DNA from: Pristiophorus japonicus
Lineage: Eukaryota
Direction: 5' to 3'
NCBI RefSeq assembly: GCF_044704955.1
Contig: NC_091995.1
Span: 46,252,001 to 46,316,000 of the forward strand
DNA: 64,000 nucleotides
Under the pieces are notes generated by a model. That model was not told where the DNA came from and did no database searches. It saw nothing but the letters and a program-made list of their open reading frames with translations. Each line of letters opens with the position of its first letter. The stretch's first letter is position 1. Positions 1 to 13,114 of the stretch are shown in pieces. The translations under genes and the position numbers were made by a program.

Positions 1-111
1 ATTTCCTTTCTCCTTTGCAGTTAAGACAATGCTGCCTGGCATGCGGGCAGTTCAATATCACATTATTTGCATTATTTCCCACAGTAAAAATGATTCCTGT
101 TGTGTTCTAAT

Positions 112-1034
112 TCAGTGAAGCCATTTAACTTCCTTAAATAAATATGTTATTAATCCAAGTGGACGCTTAGTGATAAGTATCAGCTCAGCTCTGAATTTAC
201 TCTGGGACACTGCATATATAAAGGTGTTTGTGCAGGAACTCAACGTGCTAAGCATATACCCGGATTGTTCCATAATAGTGAAAGGGTCATTGTAATTCGC
301 TTGTAGAAACTGAGTATCATCAAATTGTACAAGTATATAAGATACGAATGTTACCATCCATAACAGTATAAAACTGCCAGATATAGCGAGCAATAAAAAT
401 ATGGATTTCCTTCGGTTCTCGATCTCTGGATCACTGTGATTTTCAGCATTGTTGTTTGCTCGGAGTTCCCTTCTCACCCTATTGGCCAGTACAATGTGCC
501 TGATGGTCAGAGCATTGAGCAGTAAAATTAACATAAATGGAGCAAGTGGGGTTAAAACTGTTTCCAACCACCAATATGTTACCCATATCGGTGAGGTATA
601 AAAACGTGATATTACATAGCAGGACCATGGTACATTGTCAATTATTTGCCGAGGTTCATATATAAAATAGATTGGAACACTTTCTAAGATGCTCAGCCCA
701 CTCACTACTGCTATAACCACAGCTGCAGTTTCTTTGGTGCAATACTTTGATCAAAACCGTTGGCAACAAATGGCCACAAATCGATCAAAGGTGAAAGCAA
801 CAGTTAACCAGACAGAACAATCAATTGAAGCAAAACTCAAGGAGAGATTGAGACTGCAAATGGGAGTGTAGTTCAGAAATGAATATGGAAAATAAGCATC
901 ATTAATTTCATACAGAATTACAGTAAAGATCAGGACCAGTAGATCCGCCATTGCCATGGCAACCAGGTAACTGGTGATGCATTTGGAGAGACCACAGCTT
1001 CCACGGGAGAGAACGAGAATTGTCGCTAAATTAG
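112..1034 (-). pseudogene. GPR139-like class A GPCR, exon 2 (TM1 end to C-terminus), with one in-frame TGA at 751-753
   Basis: Acceptor ttcctcctctttacag|CT AAT. ORFs 751..1137 and 112..720 are in the same frame and read ANLATILVLSRGSCGLSKC...AMADLLVL...FTFDRFVAICCQRF*SKYCTKETAAVVIAVV...SSCTNTFIYAVSQSKFR. Seven hydrophobic segments with DRF and NTFIY motifs. Confidence 0.88.
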
Positions 1035-1854
1035 CTGTAAAGAGGAGGAAGATGAAGTTACTGTCTCTCCTTATATTGAGAGGATGATCACTTACCAATT
1101 TATTGGAATGTAAATTATGAATTTCTAATCTTGGCACCCTAGTGTTACTCCAGGGTGAAAATCAATTCATTGAGTGCCATGCTCGTTTTACTCACAATAT
1201 TATTTTCCATTACCTTCAGTAGAGAGTAGAATCGGCATAGTGTTAAACCAGCGTTGTACCTAATCCTCTCAGGTTACCGACAGGCAGGTTAGGTTAACAT
1301 TGCCCCACAGTGGGAGATTGATTGACTGGTGCGCTGAAAGGAGATTCTGGCCAAGTATCACTTGCTAACACAACCCGCCGCATTTCCCTTTCTTTGATAT
1401 TAATTGGCAGCAAAATCCATCGGATTAGGCAAAGCTGGTGGTTCCTTTCCAGCAGTTTGTTCTATCCATCCAATGCAGCCGTAAATAATAAAACCTCCCC
1501 CATAGCTACCAGTGTGATGATTACAAACTTTGCCTGACCTTGACTTTGGGAGTCAAGCAGCATTTTGACCTGTACTGTGCTGGCTCACACCATTAGCTGG
1601 CCTCAATGTAATGCAGCAACCAATACCGTTCAGTGTCATACTTGCAAGTGTTGCCCTGTGAGTGTAAACTTTCTGGGCAGTTGCCTACTTTTCGAGATCT
1701 CACCTTTGACCAAAACATAACAGTAACTACGCCCATTGTTTATGGATTTCTAGTAATAGTGATAGCAATCGTTGAAAGTTAGTGGGAAACATACCTTGAT
1801 GTGTATTTCAAAATGTTCAATGATATTAACTAACCAGAACCCAGGCTCAGACTG

Positions 1855-2050
1855 AAAACAACATAAAATAGTGGAAAATACTGTAAATCTTCAACAGGAC
1901 AGACAGCATATATAGCGAGAGAAACATTGTTAACGTTTTAGATCGATGATATTTTATCAGAACTGGTCATTGACCTTAAACTTTAATTCTGTTTCCCACT
2001 GCATATAAGCTACCTAGCCTGCTGAGGTTTCGATAATCCACAGTATTTAA
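1855..2050. mobile_element. Decayed inverted pair of Penelope terminal-repeat fragments in the GPCR intron
   Basis: Similar in both orientations to 10410-10545; degenerate hammerhead ccagttCTGATAA...AAAAcgttaac on the minus strand. Confidence 0.55.
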
Positions 2051-2329
2051 CTTCTGAAAATTACAAGAATCTTTACAAAGGATGCACAATCTGACCAAAA
2101 TTGTTTCCATTAATATTTTAGAAGAAATTGTGCAGTCCGTCACGTTATTACATTAAGAATATGTCAGAAAGTTAGAGTATTCTAATTATTATTTGTTTGA
2201 TAGTGGTAATCAGAGTCTGCACATCAATCACATCAAAACAAACAAATATTATTAATACATCAATAGCAGGAACAGTGACACAGTGAAGCACTGTTTAAGG
2301 TGAATATTAACAGATTAGAAGCAGCTTAC

Positions 2330-2399
2330 CAGGAACACCAACTATTGCAAGGATAGGATAGTAAATGTTTTCTATCTGTATGATTACTGGCTGTCCCAT
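2330..2399 (-). pseudogene. GPR139-like GPCR, coding exon 1 (MGQPVIIQIENIYYPILAIVGVP)
   Basis: ATG at 2399; 70 nt ending at phase-1 donor G|gtaag; joins exon 2 in frame (G+CT=Ala). Spliced CDS is 993 nt (330 aa if the internal stop is read as sense). Confidence 0.85.
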
Positions 2400-2471
2400 A
2401 TTCGTAGAGAAGTGAAGTTGCCAGGAGCTGTTATGAACAGGCTGATCTTTTGCTTTCGAAATAAGCTCTTC

Positions 2472-2477
2472 TTTATA
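2472..2477 (-). promoter_or_regulatory. Candidate TATA box of the GPCR gene
   Basis: ggTATAAAg on the minus strand about 75 nt upstream of the ATG. Confidence 0.4.
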
Positions 2478-3149
2478 CCTGAGAGAAACCTCAAGTGACA
2501 TATGAACATTACAAAATGATTGGCATTAGTTTCAGTCATTTGAACAAATAGGTTCAGCTGAGCCGTATTTACTGCTACTGATTAGAGAGTAAGATATTTT
2601 GCAATAACATTTCACATTGGAAATTTTTAAAAAGAAAGATTTTGAGGTCTGCACTGGTAAATTAATGGTACGTAGTCCTGAAGCTGACGGTACTCATTTA
2701 TAGGTGTACATTAGTCATTTGATGAAATAAATGTACAAATTGTAGTGGATTAATGCCATGTAAATGTTTGATATATCATATTTCTTTCTGTTTTCATGTA
2801 TACTCTGCATAATATCAATATAAGGAGGCTGTGCTGTGCACGTGAGTTTGAAGAGCATTCACAGAGACACACAGAAAGTGATATAGTCAGTTGTATACAG
2901 CTCACAGCCCCGCAGTTATGCTGAGATGTTGGGCTTCAGCATCAATAGGCATTGGGAGGAGAAGAAAGAGACAAGGTCTGGACTGATATTTAATGTGTGA
3001 ACAAGATGAATGTAGATGCGGATCTCAATTTCCATTTGTAAGGGATGTGGGTGTTAGTGGCAATCAAATTTAAGGAATTTGATGGTGAAATGGATACATC
3101 ATGCTGGTTGTCGAGCCAGAATTTGGAGCAGGACACAGTTTATTTATAT

Positions 3150-6129
3150 ATATATATCTCAGATTTTAAATTTCAATTGATCTAAATTCAGCAGCTTTTT
3201 GGAGGAGAGGGTTTCCAATTTCTTCCACCATTTGTGTGAAGAGCTGTTTCTGCAAATCATCCCTGAACCATGGAACTCTCATTTTAAGGTTATGCCCCCC
3301 ACCAGAGGAAATAGTTTCTCTCTATCTACCCTTTCAACTCCTTTATTTATCTTAAACACCTCAGATAGGTCACCTGTAATCTTCTACACTCAAGGGAATA
3401 CAAACCTAGTATCTGCAATCTACCCTCATAATTAGCCCCAGCATTATTATTGTGAATCTGTGCTGTACCCTACTCCAAGGCCACAAAATTCTTCCTCAGA
3501 TTAGGTGCCCAGAACTGATCGCAGTACTCTAAATGGGGGCTGACCAGATTTTTATCTAACTGTAACACCACTTGCTCCCTGTGTATTCCGGCCCCCAAAG
3601 ATAAAGCCAATATTCCATTAGGCGTTTTAAAAACAGAAGAGCACAAAAATCGGAAGCTGGAGTAGGCCATACGACCCCTCGAGTGTACTCCAACATTCAA
3701 TAAGATCATGTCTGATCTTCTACCTCAACTCCAATTTCCTGCCCTTTCCCCATATCCCTTAGTTCCTCTGGAGTTCTAAAAACTATCTACCTCAGCGTTG
3801 AATGCATTCAATGAATGCGCATCCACAACACTTTGGGGCAGAGAATTTGAAAGATTCACAACCCTCTGAGTGAAGAATTATTCCTCATCTTAGTCTTAAA
3901 AGGCCAGCCTCTTATCCTGACTCTATGGCCCATAGTTCGAGACTCTCCAGCCAAGGGAATCATTCTCTCAGCACCCACCCTATCAATCCCCCTAAGAATC
4001 TTAAATGTTTCAATTAGGTCACCACTCATTCTTCGAAACTCGATAGAGTATAGGCAAAATCTATTCAATCTCTCCTCATTGTACAATCCTGTCGTCCCAG
4101 GGATCAATTTAATACATATTTATTGCACTGCCTCTAAGACAAGTATATCCTTCCTTAAATAAGGAGACCAAAACTAGGCACAGTATTCCAGGTATGGACT
4201 CACCAGAGCCATGTGCAACTGTAGCAAGACTTCTTTCCTCTGGTACTCCAACCCTCCAGCAATTATGCATAGCATGCCATTTGCCTTCCTATTTGCTTGC
4301 TGCACATGCATGTTAACTCTCTATTTCTTACACTAGGAAACCAAAATCTGTCTGAATACCAACATGTAATAGTTTCTCACCATTTAAAAAAGATTCTGTT
4401 TTTCTATTAGTTACCAAATTGAATAACCTCAAATTTCCTCAAATGATACTTCATCTGCCAACTTATATACTGTATCCACTGGTTCTCTTTTATCGACATG
4501 CCAGTTACATCCTCAAAAAACTCTAACAAATTTATTAAACACGATATTCCTTTCACATACCATGTTGACTCTTAATAATGGATTCTAGAATTTTCCTGAC
4601 GATGATGTCAGGCTAGCTGACCTGTAGTTCCAGGTTTTCTCCTTCGCTCCATTCTTGAACAGCAAAGTTATATTTGCTACATCTCAATCTACAACAACCT
4701 TTCCTGAATCTAGGAAATTTTGAAAAATCACAACCAATACTCCTCCTATCTCTGCAGCCACCTCTTCAAACCCTAGGATGGAGGCCATCAGGTCCAGGGG
4801 ATTTGTAGGCTTTTAGTTCCATTAGTTTCTCACGTACTTTATATCTACTGATCATAGAATCATAGAAATCTAATGCACAGAAGGAGGTCATTTTGGACCA
4901 TTGTGTCCGCCCGGCCTACCAAGAGCTATCTAGCCTAATCCCACTTTCCAGCTCTTGATCCCTGTAGATTATGGCACTTTAAGTGTACATCATGATATTA
5001 ATTACTTTAAATTTATCACTCTTATTAGCCCCTTGGTTACCCACTAATTTTGGTATACTTTTTGTGCCTTCTACTCTGAAGACAGTTACAAAATATTTAT
5101 TTAAAGTCTTTGCCATTTCCTTGTTGCCCAATATAATTTCTCCTGCCTCAGCCTCTAAGGGACCAACCATTATTTTCTACTCTCTTCCGTATGACATACG
5201 TGTAGAAGTTCTTATAGTCTGTTTAATTATTTCTTGCTTCTTGCTGATTTGCTCTCATTATATTTTATCCCTTTTCATGTTTTGATCATTCTTTGCATTT
5301 TTCTAATATTTACGCTTATTATTGCTCTTTGCAAAATTATATGCCTCTTTTTTAAAATCTAATATTATCTTGAACTTCTTTACTTTGCCACTAATGGATC
5401 ACTATTCCAGTGAAGATTTTTTATTTTTCAATGGAAAGTATATTCGTTGAGAATTTTGGAATATTTCTTTAAATAATAGCCACTGCTTATCTATTGTCAT
5501 AACTTTCAATCTAATATTCCAAGCTACCTTAGCCAACTCATCTTTCATATCTACATGATTGGTTTTGTTTAAATTTAAGACTCTAGTGTCGAACTTAAGA
5601 ATGTCACTTTCAAACTCAATGTTAAATTATATCATATTATGATCACTCTTTCCTGGAGGGTCCTTTACTATTTAATTGTATCATTAAACAAAACAAGATC
5701 TATAATAGTCTGTTCCTTGGTTAGTTCTATGAAGTACTGTTCTCGAAATCTGTCTGGAATACATCCCATGAACTCATCCTCCAGACTACCATTGATAATT
5801 TGATTTGACCAATCTATATGCAGATTAAATTCCCCCATGGTTATTGTATTACCTTGGTTGCAAGCTCCTATTATTTCTTTGTTAATACTCTGTTCAAAGG
5901 TGCAGCTGCTGTTAAGGGGTCTATAAGCTACACCTGCTGCTGTTTTCTGCCCTTTGTTATTTCTTATTGCACCAATTGACTGCCACATTTCCCACATTAC
6001 AACAATGACTACACGCCAGAATTACTTCATTGGCTGTAAAGCGCGTTGAGATGTTCAGTGTTCGTGAAAGGTGCATACGAATACAAGTCTGTCTGTCTCT
6101 CTCTTTCTCTTTCTCTTTCTCTTTTTCTT

Positions 6130-6162
<33 letters not shown>

Positions 6163-6660
6163 ACCTGTACTGATTCTAGTTGCTGATCTACTGAACCAAG
6201 ATCCTTTTTGATTATGTTTCTTTTACCTGCCCACTAGCTTTAAGTAATTTCTGTACTTGTAACCTTAAATCTCTCTGCTCCTCCACAGCTTTCATCTGCT
6301 TACAATTTAGAACATATTCTGATATATATTTTATGTCCAAAGCGGATGCCCTCACACTTCCCTTGGTTGAACATCATCTGCCACAGAATTTCTCACTCAT
6401 TTAATGTATTAAATACCCATTGCAACCATCTGCTCCCATTTACACTATTTACTGTCCCACCTTGGTGTCGGCAGCAAACATGAATATGTGGCTATTTTGG
6501 CTCTATATTCCTTCATCTATGTCATTATAAATTTAGCGAAAAGCTGAAGCTCCAGTACAGTTCCCTGAACACACCACTGGTCACATCCTCCCATTCTGAG
6601 TACACATCCATTATCACTGCTCTATGCCTACTCTTCCTAACAGATTTCCTACCCATGTCA
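3150..6660 (-). mobile_element. Decayed CR1-clade LINE copies (endonuclease to 3' end), partly nested
   Basis: ORF fragments LVSPHLEYCDQFWAP, LYSIEFRRMSGDLIETFKIL, VGPLEAEAGEIILGNKEMA, AYRPLNS...GEFNL; a second CR1 3' tail (catagaatcatagaa) near 4850-4990. Confidence 0.85.
5975..6160 (+). mobile_element. 3' fragment of a Deu-domain SINE with a TC-rich tail, inserted in CR1
   Basis: cattacaacaatgactacac...ttcattggctgtaaagcgc...gtgaaaggtgc matches the 3' part of the copy at 29018-29312. Confidence 0.65.
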
Positions 6661-7284
6661 ATGGGACCGCAAAATGACCTCAGATTCTAACACCGAATTG
6701 ATAGTAGCGACCCCTCATAAACTGACCATGTTGAGAAAGTTGGACCAGACTTCTTTGCCGTAAATCTATAACAAAGTAAGATTTGTTTTTCGTTTAATGA
6801 TGCTTAGTTTCAAATAATAAGGGCAAATTTGATTTAAAAATAGATTCACCAAATTGTACCATGATGGGAAGTCTATTGTTCCCGTGGCAGAGGTGACCTT
6901 AAATGTGCAGAGCTGTCAGGCTGTACAAAAGGAAATATCGAATTTGCAGGGAGTTTATTGGCTTTTCTCTGGGCGTTTGTTTGGAAATAAACCAAGAACA
7001 AAACACAGATGATTAGTGAAGTGAACAGCCAAGTTGAAAAGCCAGTGTGTATGGATTGACAAGTGATTGTGGGTAATTATTCAATCTTTCTGATTGTGGA
7101 ATGATTAAGGCAACTTTTAGTGGAAGGTGCAATTATATATAGACATTAAAACATTCTCTCTCAAGCTATAAAGTTTGTCCGCCTCCCATTTATTTAACTT
7201 CAAGTTAATATCTGTAGCTGGATACATTTCAGTCCCTCATCACAACTCAGGTTTGACTTGCATTTAAACCTGACTGGAAATATG

Positions 7285-8818
7285 GGCTCAGAAATTCCTT
7301 TCGACATCTTCCCGCGGGCAATTGCCTCCTCGCCAGAGAATTTTTACGAATCTACCTGGTGATCTAGGAGGCGCCATGGATTCCGGTGGGGAGGCCTTCT
7401 CTTCCCGCGTTGTGCAGCGTGCTCCCATCTGGAGGGTTCCCATGCAGAAGATGCAGTCACATGTGACTGCTCAACCAATCAGATAAGTATTTCACAGATT
7501 CCAATTAATAGCACTGAGACTCGCGTATCGACGAATTCTCAGTGCTATTAATGGGAACAAAACCAAACACACAAAATAATACAAAATAAAAAACAGACCA
7601 CACATATTTAAAATTAATTGAAATTTAAGTTAATGGCATAGCAATTTTGTTTTCTCCTTCCCTCGGGTGTTCAACTAGATTTTAGAGAAAAAATGTGCAC
7701 CTACTTGAAGCTGCTGTGCCCGCTCGACTTTCCAATCCACAGGCCTCCTCTCCCTGCGCATCGCAGTGCATGCACTTCAGGACGTGCGCAGGCCTGGTGC
7801 TGGAGTCACATGGCTCTGGGCAGCCAATCAGATATAGTATTTTCGCATTCATATTAATAAGAGTTTCGTAAGTCCGAATCTCCTATTACTATGAATGAGA
7901 AACCCTCCCAAACACCCAAAACACGAATAAAAAATAGAAAATATACACTATATATTTAAGATTCATTTAAATTAAAGTTATTAAAGTCTTATAAAAAAAA
8001 TGTTCCCCGATTTTTAAAATAGTTTTTTTAATTATGCCTCAAAATAAACTTACCGTTGTGTGGAGGGTTTCTTAACAATAAAATATGTTTTCATAACGTT
8101 ATTTTTATTATGTTTGTGTGTTTTAAAATACTTGTGCCTGTAAAAGTAGGTGAAGTGCCTGCTTTTTCAGGCACTAGATTTTTGAGGACATTTGCTGGGC
8201 AAGATATTTGTAAATATTGCAAACTTGCACGTACAAATGTCTTCGCTCCCGATCTGGCTATGATATGTCAAGCTCCACTTTGACAGATCAAAAAAGCCGG
8301 TTTTCAGCACATGCGCATTGTGCACTGATAACCGGCTTTTATGATGCCTTCCTGGGTCTGTAGAAACTTCGTACGGGCCTGGGGACGTTGGAATTTCTAC
8401 CATATTATGTCTTATAAAAATAAAATATTTTCCTGATATTTAAAAAAAGTTTTTAAAATTATGGTTAAGAATAAACTTACCTTAATGGAGAGGGTTTTCA
8501 ACAATAAAATTTGTGTTTATAATTCAATTTTATCGTGTTTTTGTATGATTTAAATCACATGCGCCTGTAAAAGCAGGCTATGCGCCTGCTTTTATCAAGC
8601 GCAAGATTTTTGAGGACATTTTCTGGATAAATCCTGCAATCTTGCACAAGAAATGTCCTCGCTCCTGAGATGTCTATGATTTGTCAAGTTCCAGCTTGAC
8701 AGATCAGAAAAGCCTGTTTTCATCTGATGCGCATTGCGCGCTGAAAACAGGTTTTCTGATGCCTTCCCGGGTCCGTAGAAACTTTGTATGGGCCTGGGAC
8801 ATCGGAATTTCTACCCCC
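7285..8818. mobile_element. Composite non-autonomous TIR element (MITE, probably PIF/Harbinger)
   Basis: Left end ggctcagaaattcc, right end ggaatttctaccccc, atg on both sides (3-bp TSD). Internal duplicated blocks and a second right-end motif ggaatttctacc at about 8390-8401. Confidence 0.6.
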
Positions 8819-10129
8819 ATGGGTTGAGTAGAAATGTTCATTATCTAGCCTGGGTAAAGGCTGTGGAAGATTTTTTTTTCATTCCAAAATCGCTGTGACT
8901 TATGAAACTGTATAATAAATTCTCCCATTGCAGGGTAGATTGCCCCAGTTGAGTAAATAACTGCTGGAATTAAAGTATATTATACGGCATCCTGTTGTGA
9001 GTTACCCTGTCGATATATTGTGATATATATCCACAGTGATTAAACTCTGACCATTAGATTTAGCCTGTGAATTCAACTGCCAGCCGTTACTTTACGTTTT
9101 ACATATAATCATATAAAGTTGGTGGGCATCACAAGTGATCTTTAGTGTTCGTTTCCAAAATTGGTGGTAATTACTGATCCTGCACACACTCAAATTAGCA
9201 GAAGTAATAGGGCCAAAAGAGAAGCAGAGAATATCAATTCTTGAGTCATATGCCTCAGTGAGCTGATCGCCTATGAACAAGAAGGTTTGGAAAGATATTT
9301 TGATGCATGTTGGTGTGGATTCAGATGGACATATTAGTGCATATTCAGATGGTCATATTCCAAGATTCTATGATTTAATAGGCACTTTTTATGCATTGTG
9401 ATGTTTAATATTCCAGAGATGCATCTCGCGGCCAGGGATGAATTCACATGGCTGTATCTCCAAGGGAATGTCATGACGTCGATAGCAGTGATGATCCTAA
9501 ACCTGTTGAAGCAAGTCACACATGGTAATCAGTTTTAAAATGCTTAATTATTGAATATTACCGAGCACATAATTGTGACCTTTCAGGGGATGTGAGCATC
9601 GCAGCGAAGGCAAACTTTCATTGCCGATCACAATTACCCTTGAGACGGTGGCTGGCTGCAATCTATGTGGTAAAGATACTCCCACAGTGCTATTAGGTAG
9701 GGAGTTCCAGGAATTTGAACCAGCGACAATGAAGTGACGGCAAAATATTTCCAAGTCGGGATACTGTGTGACTTGAAAGGGAACTTGGAAATGGTGGTGT
9801 TCCCTTGCGTCTGCTGCCCTTCTCCTTCTAGTTGATAGGGGTCATGTGTTTGCGAGGTACTGCCGAAGAAGGCTTTAGTAGTTTCTGTGGAGTATCTTGT
9901 AGATGGTACACACTGAAGCCACTTTGTGCCATTGGTGGAGGCAATGCATTTTAACGTGGTGAATGGTGTGCTGATCAAGCAAAGTTTTTCTTTTGGATAG
10001 TTTAGAGCTTCTTGAGTGCTGGAGCTGCATGCATCCAGGCAAGTGGAGATTATTCCATCACACTCCTGACTTGTGTCTTGTAGTTGTTATAAAGACTCTG
10101 GCGAGTCAGGAGGTGAGTCAATCGCCACT

Positions 10130-13114
10130 GAAAACCATTTGTCCCTTTTTTTTAACCCCATCCCCCCGTCCCCACAGATCTGATGTATTTTTTCCCTCTG
10201 TTTCCCATGGCTGCTGGTAATTATTCCTTCATTCCCACCCTATCTGGACTAATATTTTTCTAACTTATGCCATTAACATTTCAAGTCGGCCAACATCCCT
10301 TTTGTCTATCAAAATTTTCCTGTCTTCCACCCTATCACAGACCTTCCCTTTTGTTCATTACATCCCTCACCCTTTTAGTGCTCCTTAAGAATCTGTTCAT
10401 TTAGAATAATCACCAGTTCTGACGAAGGGTCATCGACTTGAAACGTTAACTCTGTTTCTCTCTGCACAGCTGTTGCCTGACCCGCTGAGATTTTCAGCAT
10501 TATCTGTTTTTATTTCAGATTCCAGCCTCCACATTATTCTGCTTTTGTATTAGTGTTTTATTCACTGCCACTTCTCTTCTCGGAATGCCCACCTGAAGAA
10601 TGTCTGATCTTCCCTCTGATGGGATTTCCGTTTATCTCTTTTACCTTGTTAATCGTTGTTTTCTGTTTCCCTTCTCTTGTTTGATCAAGTATCTACCAAA
10701 GCCCGCTTTCACAGCCATATCTCGTTCCTCAGTAACTGTCTTCGCCTCCGACTTAATTCATGTGGATTCCAACTAAAATTACACCCTTCATGTTTTGGAT
10801 CCAACCAGCATTACAGAAAACTCAGATATTCAGCGTTCCTTCAACCACTGCTTCCGCCGCATCCTGGGATCCACATTCAATGCTATGTCCCGACACATGC
10901 ACACTCTCGACCTCTCTCTTCAGCAGCACCAACTCACACTATCTCTAAGCTGTCCTGGTCTGCAGTTCCATTTCAACATTCGCCTCATTCAGCACTTTAA
11001 CAAAAAACTTTTTTCCTTCATTTCCTTCTGTGAAGGATCGTAAACTTCAACAACTCTTGGACACCAACACCCCTCTGGAACCTTCTTCCCCGCACTTCTC
11101 TCTGATCCTATCCTTTCTTCCAATCTCACCCCTGCCGTGCTTTCCCTATCTTCTCTGACCTTCCCCTCTCTGACCCCGAACGATCAGTCCTCAGCAACGA
11201 TCTGAGCTTCATCCACTTATGCCTGCACCTCAATGAATTTCAATCTCGCCATGATGGTGAGCTATATTTCCGCTGCCTTCACTTCCATTCCCACTTCTTC
11301 AGGCAGGACTCTTCCCCACCGCACAGCTGAACCTTTCTCCAGTTTTCAGAAATCTCGCTCTGCATGGACTCCTCCCACTAGTCTCTTACACTCTCTAGAC
11401 TTCATCATTATAAACTGCCGATGGGACATCGGCCGTCTCAATTATGCTGCTCCCCTCACTTACAGAACCTACCTCCCACTGAGCTTGCAGCACTCCGCTC
11501 TCTCAGATCCAACCCCAACATTGTCATTGAACCTGCTGACAAGGGTGGCGTTGTTGTTGTTTGGCAAACCAACCTTTACTTTGCAGACGCTGATCACCAA
11601 CTCTCTGTCACCTCCTCCTACCTCGCCCTGGACCATGACCCCACTACCGAACATCAATTCATCATTTCTCAGACCATCACTGACCTCATCTCCTCTGGAG
11701 AACTTCCCTTCACAGCCACCAACCTCATAGGCGCCCAACCCTGCACATCCCACTGCTACCACCTTCCCAAGGTGCACATGCAGGACTATCCCGAGAGACC
11801 CATTCAGCCTGTTCTTCCCCCACGGAAATTATTTATTCCTATCTCGACTCTATTTTCTCTCCCCTTGTCCACACTCTTGCCACCGACATCTATGGTTCCT
11901 CCGACGCCCTCCATCACTTTAACAGTTACCATTTCCAGGCTCCAACTCTCTCCTTTTTGCTACGGACCTCCAATCCATCTACTCTTCCATCCCCCACCAG
12001 GATGGCCTGAGGGCGCTCCACTTCTTCCTCGAGTAGAGGCGCAACCAATCCCCATCCATCGACAACCTCTCGTTTGATGAACTTGTTCTCACGTTGAACA
12101 ACTTCTTCTTTGACTCCACTCGCTTCAGCGAAATTAAAGGTGTTGCCATGGGAATGCACATGGGTCCAAGCTATGCCTGCCTTTTCGTGGGATATGTGGA
12201 ACAATCTTTGTTCCAGTCCTACTCTTGTCCCCCTCTCACCTCTTTTTCCGGTACATTGTATCGGTGCCGTTTCCTGCTTTCACCTTGAACTAGAAAATGT
12301 TCGTACATGTGACCCCGAGCTTCCGGTCGCCTGTCACTTTACTTCCCTGCTCCACTTCCACTCTGACTTCTTTATCCTCAGCCTCCGACAGTGTTCCAAG
12401 GAAGTTCAATGCAACCTCGGGAACAACACCTTATCTTTCATTTAAACACTTTATAGTCTGCTGTAATCAACATTGAGTTCAACAATTTCAGACATAACCT
12501 CTGCCCACATTTTGCTGACTTTTCTCCCTTTTTTAACCCTCTCCCCCAAAATTATGTATTTTTTCTCTCCGTTTCCCAGGGCAGCTGGTAATTATTCCAC
12601 CATTCACACTCTATCTGAACTAATCATTTTCTAACATCTGCCATTACCATCTTAAGTCGGCCCATCACCCCTTTTGTCCCTCTAATCTCTCCTGTCTTCT
12701 GCCCATTCACAGACCTTCCCTGTGTTCTGTCCTCCCCTCCCACTCCAAGTGCTCCATCAGAATCTCTTCATTTCGAACATTTGCCACTTCTGACGAAGGG
12801 TCATCGACCTAAAACGTTAACTCTGTTTCTCTTTCCACAGATGCTGCCTGACCCGTTGAGATTTCCAGCACCCCCAGTTCGTTAGATATATTCAAAAGGG
12901 AGTTAGAGATGGCTCTTGCGGCCAAAGGGATCAGGGGTTATGGAGAGAAAGCAGGAAAGGGGTAGTGAGGTTGAATGATCAGCCATGATCTTATTGAATG
13001 GCAGTGCAGGCTCGAAGGGCTGAATGGCCTGCTCCTGCACCTATTCTCTATGTTTCTATGTTTCTATGTTTCTATTTTTATTTCAGATTCCAGCATCTGC
13101 AGTATTTTGCGTTT
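10130..13114 (+). mobile_element. Penelope-like retroelement with direct terminal repeats, frameshifted and internally deleted
   Basis: RSNPNIVIEPADKGGVVVVW, KGVAMGMHMGPSYACLFVGYVEQSLF (Penelope RT) and ELPVACHF (end of GIY-YIG). Repeat at about 10135-10550 recurs at about 12505-13114, where a CR1 3' tail (about 12873-13072) interrupts it. Confidence 0.85.
10415..10451 (+). ncRNA. Minimal type I hammerhead ribozyme in the Penelope terminal repeat
   Basis: agtt-CTGACGA-a-gggtc-atc-gactt-GAAA-cg-TT-aact: complete catalytic core, helix I agtt/aact, helix II, palindromic AACGTT replacing helix III. Confidence 0.7.

Noticed and set aside
751-756. Selenocysteine or programmed readthrough in the GPCR
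   Set aside because: The position appears to be Arg in the paralogue, the context TGA TCA is not the TGA CTAG readthrough motif, and I saw no SECIS in the short 3' flank available.
9190-9530. Coding-looking stretch ending in a possible donor (RAKR..., MFNIPEMHL...)
   Set aside because: Stops in the frames I read and no family I can recognise; needs BLASTx.
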